Shown here: one piece after another, positions 31,560 through 40,011 of the stretch
Layout of the letters: each line of letters starts with the position of its first letter
Position numbering within the stretch: the stretch's first letter is position 1
Virus record (IMG/VR): IMGVR_UViG_3300031998_000003
Span: 128,001-192,000 of that record
Source: a virus
Lineage: Duplodnaviria > Caudoviricetes
Length of the DNA: 64,000 bases
Direction: 5' to 3' (one strand)
Notes under the pieces: model-generated
Told to the model about the DNA's origin: nothing
What the model saw: only the letters and a program-made list of their open reading frames with translations
Database searches by the model: none
Position numbers and translations under genes: made by a program

Positions 31560-32240
31560 ATGAGCGAAGAAAACAAGGTAAATTATTCTGAACGTCGCAA
31601 GCGTTTCATGGAGACGTTCAAGGATGACCCGATCCTCACTGAAACACTGCCAAAGCTTGCTGCTGAACTGTTCTATGATGAGTTTGGTGCAAGTCTTCCG
31701 GACATTACAGGTATTCCGGTTGTATGGACAACGTTCTGGCAGCATCTCATGAGTTTCGTACATTCTCAGGAGACTGAGGAGTTCGCAGTATCTGTCTGCG
31801 GTTTCACCGTTCAGTATGTGACTGAGTATTCGGAATCGGATAAAGCGCGTAATATCGTGCCGGAACTCTATCATGAGTATATCCCGATTTTCCGCAAGAA
31901 AGATCACACAGTTGTTCCCGGTTCAAATTATAATGCTGAGTTGTCAGCAAAGTATAACGACTGGAGAACTGTCAACCTCACAGAAATCATTGACAAGGTT
32001 TCGCGTGATGTATTCGAGGAATGTATGAACCGGTGGGGTCTGTATCTCATGATCTCTGCGACAATCTTCCCGTTGGTTGCAGCAATCTATGCGGCGGGTG
32101 TTCACATTGCGTTGGAAACGAAGAAGCCTGTCAACATGTACAACTGGTTCACAATCACTCCGCGTCAGGATGACAAGATTATCCTGACACCGCTTGCGTC
32201 TATTAAGCAGGGTCTGAAAGACGACAACAAAAGAGGTTAA
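31560..32240 (+). CDS. Hypothetical protein, 226 aa
   Basis: RBS AAGGAGG; early-type motif at 31476-31494; UUCG hairpin after the stop. Confidence 0.8.
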   Translation: MSEENKVNYSERRKRFMETFKDDPILTETLPKLAAELFYDEFGASLPDITGIPVVWTTFWQHLMSFVHSQETEEFAVSVCGFTVQYVTEYSESDKARNIVPELYHEYIPIFRKKDHTVVPGSNYNAELSAKYNDWRTVNLTEIIDKVSRDVFEECMNRWGLYLMISATIFPLVAAIYAAGVHIALETKKPVNMYNWFTITPRQDDKIILTPLASIKQGLKDDNKRG

Positions 32241-32286
32241 TGCATGAGGCGCTTCGGCGCCTCATTCATAAATTCTTAAAGGAGGT

Positions 32287-32637
32287 ATGAAAATGATTCT
32301 CTCTATCAATTTGCAATCTTCATCGTTCTCGAATCCACCTGGAAAACATGCGGACACGATGGAGGAAGCGATCGCAACAGCATTCCATGATAAGTTCAAG
32401 GGTTACAAAGACTACAAGGACAACAACGTTCTGGTGAACTTTGAACATGCCGAGGGTGATCAGCCAGCATCAGTATCCGTGTTCATTGATATCGATGGTT
32501 GTACAGAACTGAAAAGTGTCTTCATGCGATTCCAGCAGGCGTTTGTGGATTATATGCATCGGACATATATGAGCAAATTCCAGTCAGAAGCAGAAGCAAT
32601 CATGCCGGTTGATCCAGAATCTGGTTCGGTGGGATGA
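32287..32637 (+). CDS. Hypothetical protein
   Basis: RBS AAGGAGGT. Confidence 0.7.
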   Translation: MKMILSINLQSSSFSNPPGKHADTMEEAIATAFHDKFKGYKDYKDNNVLVNFEHAEGDQPASVSVFIDIDGCTELKSVFMRFQQAFVDYMHRTYMSKFQSEAEAIMPVDPESGSVG

Positions 32638-32894
32638 ATGGTTCCAGATGGGCCGTCTCGATAATGGATGACGATTGTGAAGACTTGATCATCAAAATGT
32701 TTGATACATTCAAAGAAGCCTTTGCATATCTACGTATCAGATATCCATATATGTATTCGGTCGAAACAAACAAGTACCGATATATCTATCAGACAGACCG
32801 CGGATCTAATATCTATGTCTCTATATGGGACAGAAAGGAGCTACCCTATGTATATCGTCGTCGGACTCGGAAACTGCGGCAGCCAAATCGTTAA
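32634..32894 (+). CDS. Hypothetical protein
   Basis: ATGA overlap with the upstream gene. Confidence 0.6.
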   Translation: MNGSRWAVSIMDDDCEDLIIKMFDTFKEAFAYLRIRYPYMYSVETNKYRYIYQTDRGSNIYVSIWDRKELPYVYRRRTRKLRQPNR

Positions 32895-33921
32895 GGCGGC
32901 AGCTCTTTCCGAAAAACTTGCAGCCGACTCCAAGTTCTATGCAATCGATTCAGTCACATCATCGTTTGACATGAAGTCTTTGAGTAACGTGACACCGCTT
33001 CCGATTATCTCGGATGAAAATACCGGTTCTGGTCGTTCACGTGAACGTGGTTCTGAAATGATGCAGATGCATCTGTCTACTCCGGAATTCACAACGCTCA
33101 TACGTGATTGCGGTGAAAGCAAATCCCCTGTTATTCTCATTTCATCAACTGCTGGAGGCACCGGTTCTGGTGCAATTGTTCCTCTATGCAAAAAGATCAT
33201 CGATGAGAATCCGGATATCACATTGATTCCGATTCTCGTTGTTCCCGCAATGGACGATCCGATTGCATATCACATGAATACCGCTGACCTGATGGCTGAG
33301 ATGGGTGAAATCGGTATCAAGACATATTGCGTGTTCCGTAATAAGTCTAAAACGAGCAACTACACTGAAATCAATCAGGAGGTTGTCACTGCAATCGAAA
33401 TCCTTCATGGCAAATGGTATGGTGCAACAGATGTTGATTCCGTTGATGATACCGACATGATCAGAGTTTGTTCAGTTCCTGGTCGCTTGATCATTGTTAA
33501 AACTGAGGCAACGAATACGCAGTATCTGAAACGGCTCATCACCGAAAAGGTTTTGAACGGCAATCAACCATGGTCTGACCCGTCGAACAACTTTTCAATG
33601 CTGGCTATCTCTCTGAAGAGTGGCTTTGCGAATGGTGACATTGATGATGTATTCGATGATATCAAATCACGGTGTCTTGGATGCCTTGATACATTCAAGA
33701 ATCCGATTCAAACAGACGACTCGACAATGGTTGCAACATGCATCATCTCTGGACTTCCGAATGTGAAACTCAGAGAGATTGATTTGAATGATTATCAGGT
33801 TGCATCCGGCATTTCTGATGGAGTTAAGAAATCGACAAGACCCGACTTCATGAAGAAGAATACTTCTGTTAAGAAGTCTACACTCGGATCGATTCGCGGT
33901 CATAAGATTTCTAACGAATAA
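32848..33921 (+). CDS. Tubulin/FtsZ-family GTPase (PhuZ/TubZ-like)
   Basis: VGLGNCGSQI, GSGRSRERG, signature AGGTGSG, T7-loop VDDTD; start ATG 32848 behind GAAAGGAG. Confidence 0.92.
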   Translation: MYIVVGLGNCGSQIVKAAALSEKLAADSKFYAIDSVTSSFDMKSLSNVTPLPIISDENTGSGRSRERGSEMMQMHLSTPEFTTLIRDCGESKSPVILISSTAGGTGSGAIVPLCKKIIDENPDITLIPILVVPAMDDPIAYHMNTADLMAEMGEIGIKTYCVFRNKSKTSNYTEINQEVVTAIEILHGKWYGATDVDSVDDTDMIRVCSVPGRLIIVKTEATNTQYLKRLITEKVLNGNQPWSDPSNNFSMLAISLKSGFANGDIDDVFDDIKSRCLGCLDTFKNPIQTDDSTMVATCIISGLPNVKLREIDLNDYQVASGISDGVKKSTRPDFMKKNTSVKKSTLGSIRGHKISNE

Positions 33922-34005
33922 GATTTCTTTGTGAAGATATATACATAATTTGTGTGATATCTGATACACAAGGATATCTAAAAAATCATAAGGAGGAACA
34001 TCCAA

Positions 34006-34908
34006 ATGTACGTACAAAACTTTCGCGAGGACCAGATCAGTTTTCTCGATAGTGTCGAACGCTATCTTGAAAAGGCTGGTATCAAGGTCCAAGCGATGGC
34101 ACCTCAGCAGCGTCTGGCAGTTATGACCAATGCTCGCAACACATTGTATTCATACGATGCCCAGATCATCGGTGACGTCGCTCGTCGTATCCTCAGATCC
34201 AATCTCGACAATGATACGGATGCACAGGCATTTATGCTGGCATTCTACTATCATGCTCAGGATCCTGCATTCATCACAATCGTGATGAAGTATCTCGAGC
34301 AGAGAAATGATCCGAGTCTGAATGGTGTGGTCGGTGCAGTTCTTCTGAAGGTGAGTGCGCAGTATATTGCGGAGCATAAGCCGAAGGATAAGAAGGACAA
34401 AAAGGACGACGAAACCACCGATGAGATCAAGGAGATTCGTCATATCCAGGCTGCAATCGAGCGTCTGCTCGGTACTGTTGCTGACACAGTTGTTCTGACA
34501 TGCGGAAACATGGCACATCACGAAGCACTCTTTGTCGCGGCATGCCTCGCGATTAACAGTGAGCAGACCATTATCGAGTTGGTGAAGGCTGACCTTCCGG
34601 TAACAGCTGTCATCTTCGATAAGATCATCACTGATCCGAGTTGCATCATCAAGGGTGCACTGCTTCTGAAGAAGAGCGATCTTCCCACGAAGCTCAGCGC
34701 AAACCAGACTGCATTCCTCAACTCTATCAAGAACTGGTTGTTCAAGAAGTTGAATGATACAGTCGAAGACGCTGTACTGCTTTATACCTATTTGGTCGGA
34801 GTATACGGTTCTGTGAAGCCCGATTTGTCTCCGCTGTATATCCAGATCAAGGATTGCGGAACAAGCTATCCGAATCTGCTTACTGTGGCCAAGCAAATTA
34901 CAAATTAA
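34006..34908 (+). CDS. Hypothetical helical protein, 300 aa
   Basis: RBS AGGAGGAACATCCA; early-type motif at 33940-33957. Confidence 0.8.
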   Translation: MYVQNFREDQISFLDSVERYLEKAGIKVQAMAPQQRLAVMTNARNTLYSYDAQIIGDVARRILRSNLDNDTDAQAFMLAFYYHAQDPAFITIVMKYLEQRNDPSLNGVVGAVLLKVSAQYIAEHKPKDKKDKKDDETTDEIKEIRHIQAAIERLLGTVADTVVLTCGNMAHHEALFVAACLAINSEQTIIELVKADLPVTAVIFDKIITDPSCIIKGALLLKKSDLPTKLSANQTAFLNSIKNWLFKKLNDTVEDAVLLYTYLVGVYGSVKPDLSPLYIQIKDCGTSYPNLLTVAKQITN

Positions 34909-34923
34909 GGAGGAACTCGAACC

Positions 34924-35457
34924 ATGGCACAAATTCAAAAGAATCCTATTAAGGAGATCAATCCCGATGTTATCAATCTGATCAAGCCGATCGTTGAAAC
35001 CATGACCCGTAATTACATGGTTGAGCAGCAGATGAAAGGTCAGGTTGGTCCGAATCAGCCGGAGATGCACAAAGCTGAGAAGCTGCGCTGCGTTCACCTG
35101 ATCTGGAAGGGTCTTGAGCCTGAGCCGGCAATGTACATCACAACCGATGATAAGGGCGAGCGCCACATGAAGTGCTATCTCTGCCAGCGTGAAATCGGTA
35201 TGAACTTCGATGACACTGCTATCAAGAAGCTTCTGGATGCACGTACTGTCATCGAGCAGGTGATGTTCTATGGCATGATCAATCACATGCAGGCTGACAA
35301 AGTCGAGATGCTGATTCAGATGAAGTCCATCATTCCGTATATCGCACAGATGGCACAGAACCTGAATAAGTTTGTTGCGAAGGATGACAGCTATCAGGAT
35401 TCCATCGGCAACGTCGGTCGTGAGTATCGGAATTCCATCACTAGCGGCGGATTCTAA
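34924..35457 (+). CDS. Hypothetical protein with a possible Zn site (CxH..CxxC)
   Basis: RBS AGGAGGAAC; LRCVH and KCYLC. Confidence 0.8.
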   Translation: MAQIQKNPIKEINPDVINLIKPIVETMTRNYMVEQQMKGQVGPNQPEMHKAEKLRCVHLIWKGLEPEPAMYITTDDKGERHMKCYLCQREIGMNFDDTAIKKLLDARTVIEQVMFYGMINHMQADKVEMLIQMKSIIPYIAQMAQNLNKFVAKDDSYQDSIGNVGREYRNSITSGGF

Positions 35458-35491
35458 TTGCGATTCTGAGCATTCGAATGTTGAGAAAGTG

Positions 35492-35535
35492 GAATACGGG
35501 GGCAGAAGCCCCCGTATTCCATTTGTTTTTTTTTT
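35492..35535. terminator. Bidirectional terminator
   Basis: GAATACGGGGGC-AGAA-GCCCCCGTATTC followed by a T tract. Confidence 0.85.
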
Positions 35536-36776
35536 TAGTTTGTACACAACTGCATTGTCGTGGTGGCGGTCATCAGATCACCAGTTGTATTGGAGAACAT
35601 ATTAATGATGTACTTTGCGCGATATGCATCATTGATACTCATACCACGGATTGGTGATTCAAATACCAGATTGAATCGAGAGTTTGGATGGAACAATCCG
35701 ACATCAAAACCAGAACCCGACAAGTCAACTCGAGTAATCTGTTCGTTCAATCTAGCAGCCTGTTGAATCGATACATTACTTCTGTCCATTTTATGAAGGA
35801 TATTCGTTTGTTCGATCTTGTTCTCAACGGAATTGATATCAGTTGTCTCGAATAATCTCGTCAATGGTGTATGATTTGTTTTCAACGTCATAATGTTTGT
35901 GTCAGACATAATCTCAGGATTTAGGATTCGTTCTATATCCGTTTCAGAAATGACAGATACTGACGTCGCAATTGTTTGCATTTTGTATCCACCGTCTGTA
36001 TTGAACATACCACTGATATCTGTGTTCTGCTTTGCAGCCTTTACGTAAATTGGTATTGTGGTGGTTCCGTTGGATGACACGGTTGAACACAGATACATTT
36101 TGTCTATGTCGCCATAAAGTATGCCGCCGTATTGATAGATACCGTAATATCTATCAAAATACGAAAATGCATCGATTGCCGATAGATTTGGTATCAATAT
36201 CTGGTCATAACGGTTCTGGTTCTCAATGGGATCCATCTGAACATTTGAAATACCGCAACGTCTGAAAATATCTTGAATGACCGTTTCTAATGAAACATCC
36301 CGGTATATAGATTGGGCTCGTTGTTTCATCTGATGAATCTGCGTATCGTTATATCCATATATTTCGAACTTAACTTTTTTTGATGCGTTCAAGAGCGGTT
36401 CTCCTGAATTGGATGTATCAATCTGATATTCATCAATTTTCGATGTCGGGATATTCTTGTTTTCAATATATCCCTTCAGCTGTAATGAAATACTGGTTGC
36501 TGGAGCAACAAGTGTTGTTTCTTTTGTATCCGTATTCATCTTGTATACACCTGCATCCAAGTTTCCTCTGATCTGGAGATTATCAGGAGATTCATTGATT
36601 TCTTGAATCACAGATAGATCTGCTTGGAGACGGAATCTGATGATTGGATATGTTGCGGTATCATATCGGTGAATCATCGCAATTGATATGATATCTGAAG
36701 CCGGAAGCTCAACAACATTGTCGTTTATGATCAACGCGGCAGTCAATTTGTACATTGTGCTATAGACATCTGCCAT
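35535..36776 (-). CDS. Probable baseplate hub-like structural protein
   Basis: Size and YDQILIPNLS..YGIY segment resemble hub proteins; late-type promoter upstream. Confidence 0.45.
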   Translation of the reverse strand: MADVYSTMYKLTAALIINDNVVELPASDIISIAMIHRYDTATYPIIRFRLQADLSVIQEINESPDNLQIRGNLDAGVYKMNTDTKETTLVAPATSISLQLKGYIENKNIPTSKIDEYQIDTSNSGEPLLNASKKVKFEIYGYNDTQIHQMKQRAQSIYRDVSLETVIQDIFRRCGISNVQMDPIENQNRYDQILIPNLSAIDAFSYFDRYYGIYQYGGILYGDIDKMYLCSTVSSNGTTTIPIYVKAAKQNTDISGMFNTDGGYKMQTIATSVSVISETDIERILNPEIMSDTNIMTLKTNHTPLTRLFETTDINSVENKIEQTNILHKMDRSNVSIQQAARLNEQITRVDLSGSGFDVGLFHPNSRFNLVFESPIRGMSINDAYRAKYIINMFSNTTGDLMTATTTMQLCTN

Positions 36777-36866
36777 TAAAAATCACCTCTTTGATTTTAG
36801 TCGCCGACCCTTTTATAAGCCCGTATGTCGTGTCGGGAATTTCAAAATATGAAAGGAATGAACATT

Positions 36867-37820
36867 ATGATCGTTTTCCAAGAAAGTGCTTTTGATCTTC
36901 CAAAACTGTCACAATCTTCGTTGTTCATAAAGTTTGATGAACAAAGTCAGCTGTCACAAAAGATGCGTGAAGCGATTGCAAATCCGGAAGCTTACGTGAA
37001 ACCGGAAACCATGAAAGAGATCATGGCATTGGTTCGGCTAAACGGTTCCAAGTTTGCAAAACTCGCAGCTGATAAATTCGAGAATGGCAAACTGAAGATC
37101 ATTTATGAGAAGGATAATCCACGTGTGTCATCCGTACTCCCGTTCCTCGTTCGAGGCATGAAAGACGGTTCTGTCGTACCGTATGTATTCGCTGATAAGC
37201 TTGTGTCAAACATACAATCTACAAGCGAATACTATAACCTGATGGCTGTGATGGAAGCTGCTTTCTTTGCGGCTTCTATGACGAAGAGTCCTTCTCAGAT
37301 CCTGCTCAACAGACAGGTCGTATTAAACTTGTGTGAATTGTACATCTATCTGTGGTTGATGCCGCTTGAACAGAGATTGTACATGAAAGGTGACAATCTC
37401 ACCAAGGCGGAAATATACATCATCTCGTATTTCTATCGCATGATCGATGGTGATCGTGCATCGGCTGAATCGATTCCGTTCAATCGTTTTCTGCGTGATC
37501 GCGTTCCGGAATCTGTATTGAAAGCAATGGTTGCTGAAGTGCAGGGATTGGAATCTATGGCGATCGAGAATCTGATCGGTCTTATTCAAAATTTGAATCC
37601 TGTTCGTTACAAAGATTTGAAGTCAACATTCATGTCTCATTTCCAAGCTTCATGCGGTGTTCCGCTTATCTTCGCTCTTGAGAATCCACAGTATCTGTTC
37701 TTGCTGCTGACATCGTCTTATTACAAGACAAAGATTACTGCATATGCATTGAACAAGACTGCGTTGGAAACTTCCAGAAAGTGTATGAAGAGTCTCAGTG
37801 GAATTGACCTGAACTATTAA
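36867..37820 (+). CDS. Hypothetical protein
   Basis: Start moved to ATG 36867 behind GAAAGGAAT. Confidence 0.75.
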   Translation: MIVFQESAFDLPKLSQSSLFIKFDEQSQLSQKMREAIANPEAYVKPETMKEIMALVRLNGSKFAKLAADKFENGKLKIIYEKDNPRVSSVLPFLVRGMKDGSVVPYVFADKLVSNIQSTSEYYNLMAVMEAAFFAASMTKSPSQILLNRQVVLNLCELYIYLWLMPLEQRLYMKGDNLTKAEIYIISYFYRMIDGDRASAESIPFNRFLRDRVPESVLKAMVAEVQGLESMAIENLIGLIQNLNPVRYKDLKSTFMSHFQASCGVPLIFALENPQYLFLLLTSSYYKTKITAYALNKTALETSRKCMKSLSGIDLNY

Positions 37821-37840
37821 TCACTGAGGAGGTGAAATAA

Positions 37841-39988
37841 ATGCCTCAAAAGAATGATATTGTCCAAACAAACAATGGAATGAACGTTGTCAATCCGGGT
37901 GCAACTACGACAACTACCACAACTACTACGACTACCACACCAACAAAACCAAAGGTTGACATTGTTCAAACAAATGATGGAACGAATGTCATCAATCCCG
38001 GAACAAACACACAGTCTACTACGACAACTACTACCACAAACCCACTACCGACGTATACACACAGCGGTGGAGGTGGATCTTGGGAACCGGCTGATACATC
38101 GTTGGTGATGACAGGTTCTCCTGGAACAGGGGCAAAGCATCATGCTGCTGCAACAACAAGTCTTTCGTATAGTTCTCGTGTACTGACACCTGCAGATCAT
38201 TTGCCAAAGAAAGTATTATTTTGGGATATCTCAAAACATGGGACACCGACAAATGATGCTCAATTTGAGCACGCGATTGAAACATATATAAACCCATGGG
38301 ACTTTGTTGCAGCACAAGGTGAAACTATCAACAAAGTGAAATATGATGCTAGCAGAAATGTATACATCGTTCCGTTTGATCCTGCTATTGCGCATTTCAT
38401 TCAAACAGATGTTCCAATCCAGGCTCACGGTAATGGTGAATATGATCAATATCGTCTATCACCTAGCAACAAACCAACTGATACCAATTTACCACCGACA
38501 ATATTCGGAAACAAATTGAACCTGAGAATCCCTCAACAGATTCTTGGGGATAATACTGTGGCCCGTGAAATAACATTCCGTGGAAGTTCAACAGATATCA
38601 CGGATAATATTGCTGGTGGAAACTTTATCCGACTTGTGAAAGGTACTGCGAGCCTTGAGAATATCATTGTTCCAAAGCATCGTAATTTCCAACCATATGC
38701 TTGGGCACACGAACGAGTTCGTGCAAAGTTCCTGAATGGTAGCATGAATGATGGTGATACGGATGTTAGTGAAAGCTACATTACACCCGAAGATGAATTT
38801 GGTGCGAGTGCAGATCAAGCGTCGCCAAAACAAACATTATCGCCATTGCATCCTTTCACTCGAATATATCCGGAGATAGCGCATCGAGCGATCTGGACAT
38901 CGTATAATCGTACGAAATTACCAATTGCTGATATTGAGCACCGGAAAGCATTTCGTCACATATTCATCTCCAGACCGGAATGTTACATTTGTTGCACGAA
39001 AGGTAGTGGTGAGGCTGGTGACAATCGGCTTTCCCAACAAGCCTTCTTTGATGAAGAATTCCATTCATCGTATATGAGATATCCACATGTATCAGAGATG
39101 TTATCTCCGGTGTATGTTTGTCAAGCACCCGGTGATGATCCATTTGCGAACTGGAATTATCTTCTGACAAACCGTGTTCAAGGTCTGAGTGTAGCAGCAA
39201 CATCTCTCGGTGTTCGAGAATCTGTCACTGCAGCAACAAGAGGAGTTCAGATCACACCTGGTACGATTATCACATCAAACAACGGTGGTACATTGGATCT
39301 TCAATTCCGTGATACAAAGTACATGGATGTATACGAAATGATTCGCATGTGGATGTGGTATATTCACAAACGTACCACGGGTGAATTCTTTCCACCATTC
39401 AATGGATATCGTTTCCAGAATAACTGGGGACAAATGTCTGCAGGTAGTGCTTTCGTGAACGGATACAGAGTGTCTCACCCGTTAGATCGAGCGCTTGAAT
39501 ATTGTGCGTCATTGTACGATATTGTCGTTGACGAAACTGGTACGAACATTCTGTATTGGTGTAAATATTACGGGATCTTCCCAGTATCAGTATCGAATGC
39601 AATGTTGACAAACGACAAGAACAGTGCGCTTGCATCGGAAGCAACAATCACAACAACGTTCCGGTACCAGTATAAACTCGAGAATATCTATCGTACATTA
39701 TGTGAGTTTAACTATAATGCTGGAATGGATGACGCATTGATTCGTGATGGATTTGAAGACTCCGGTTCATTCATTAGTCGTAGATGTTATTTCGGCGCTG
39801 GTGGAATGTTTACTGGAACACCGTTTATCGTTCAACAGAAAGTTGGAAAACGGAATCCGTTGAATCCGTCTCAACGAGCAACCTATCAACCAAGACTGTG
39901 TTTCCGTCTACCGAAGGGTCAAAGCAGTGTTGACTTTATGAACGTCGGTTTGACCAGAAACAATGAATCTGCTGATGGAATCTATTAA
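37841..39988 (+). CDS. Virion structural protein with a tube-like C-terminal domain and a Thr-rich N-terminus
   Basis: IFISRPE..LQFRDTK..WMWYI..KYYGIFPVSV pattern; two DIVQTNxGxNVxNPG repeats, each followed by poly-Thr. Confidence 0.6.
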   Translation: MPQKNDIVQTNNGMNVVNPGATTTTTTTTTTTTPTKPKVDIVQTNDGTNVINPGTNTQSTTTTTTTNPLPTYTHSGGGGSWEPADTSLVMTGSPGTGAKHHAAATTSLSYSSRVLTPADHLPKKVLFWDISKHGTPTNDAQFEHAIETYINPWDFVAAQGETINKVKYDASRNVYIVPFDPAIAHFIQTDVPIQAHGNGEYDQYRLSPSNKPTDTNLPPTIFGNKLNLRIPQQILGDNTVAREITFRGSSTDITDNIAGGNFIRLVKGTASLENIIVPKHRNFQPYAWAHERVRAKFLNGSMNDGDTDVSESYITPEDEFGASADQASPKQTLSPLHPFTRIYPEIAHRAIWTSYNRTKLPIADIEHRKAFRHIFISRPECYICCTKGSGEAGDNRLSQQAFFDEEFHSSYMRYPHVSEMLSPVYVCQAPGDDPFANWNYLLTNRVQGLSVAATSLGVRESVTAATRGVQITPGTIITSNNGGTLDLQFRDTKYMDVYEMIRMWMWYIHKRTTGEFFPPFNGYRFQNNWGQMSAGSAFVNGYRVSHPLDRALEYCASLYDIVVDETGTNILYWCKYYGIFPVSVSNAMLTNDKNSALASEATITTTFRYQYKLENIYRTLCEFNYNAGMDDALIRDGFEDSGSFISRRCYFGAGGMFTGTPFIVQQKVGKRNPLNPSQRATYQPRLCFRLPKGQSSVDFMNVGLTRNNESADGIY

Positions 39989-40011
39989 AATATGAAAGGA
40001 GGTAGATTCAA

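Noticed and set aside
34150-35547. 465-aa minus-strand ORF, and similar ones at 13055, 21751, 57545 and 58448
   Set aside because: They lie exactly antisense to strongly codon-biased genes, have no RBS and show unnatural composition; these are shadow ORFs.
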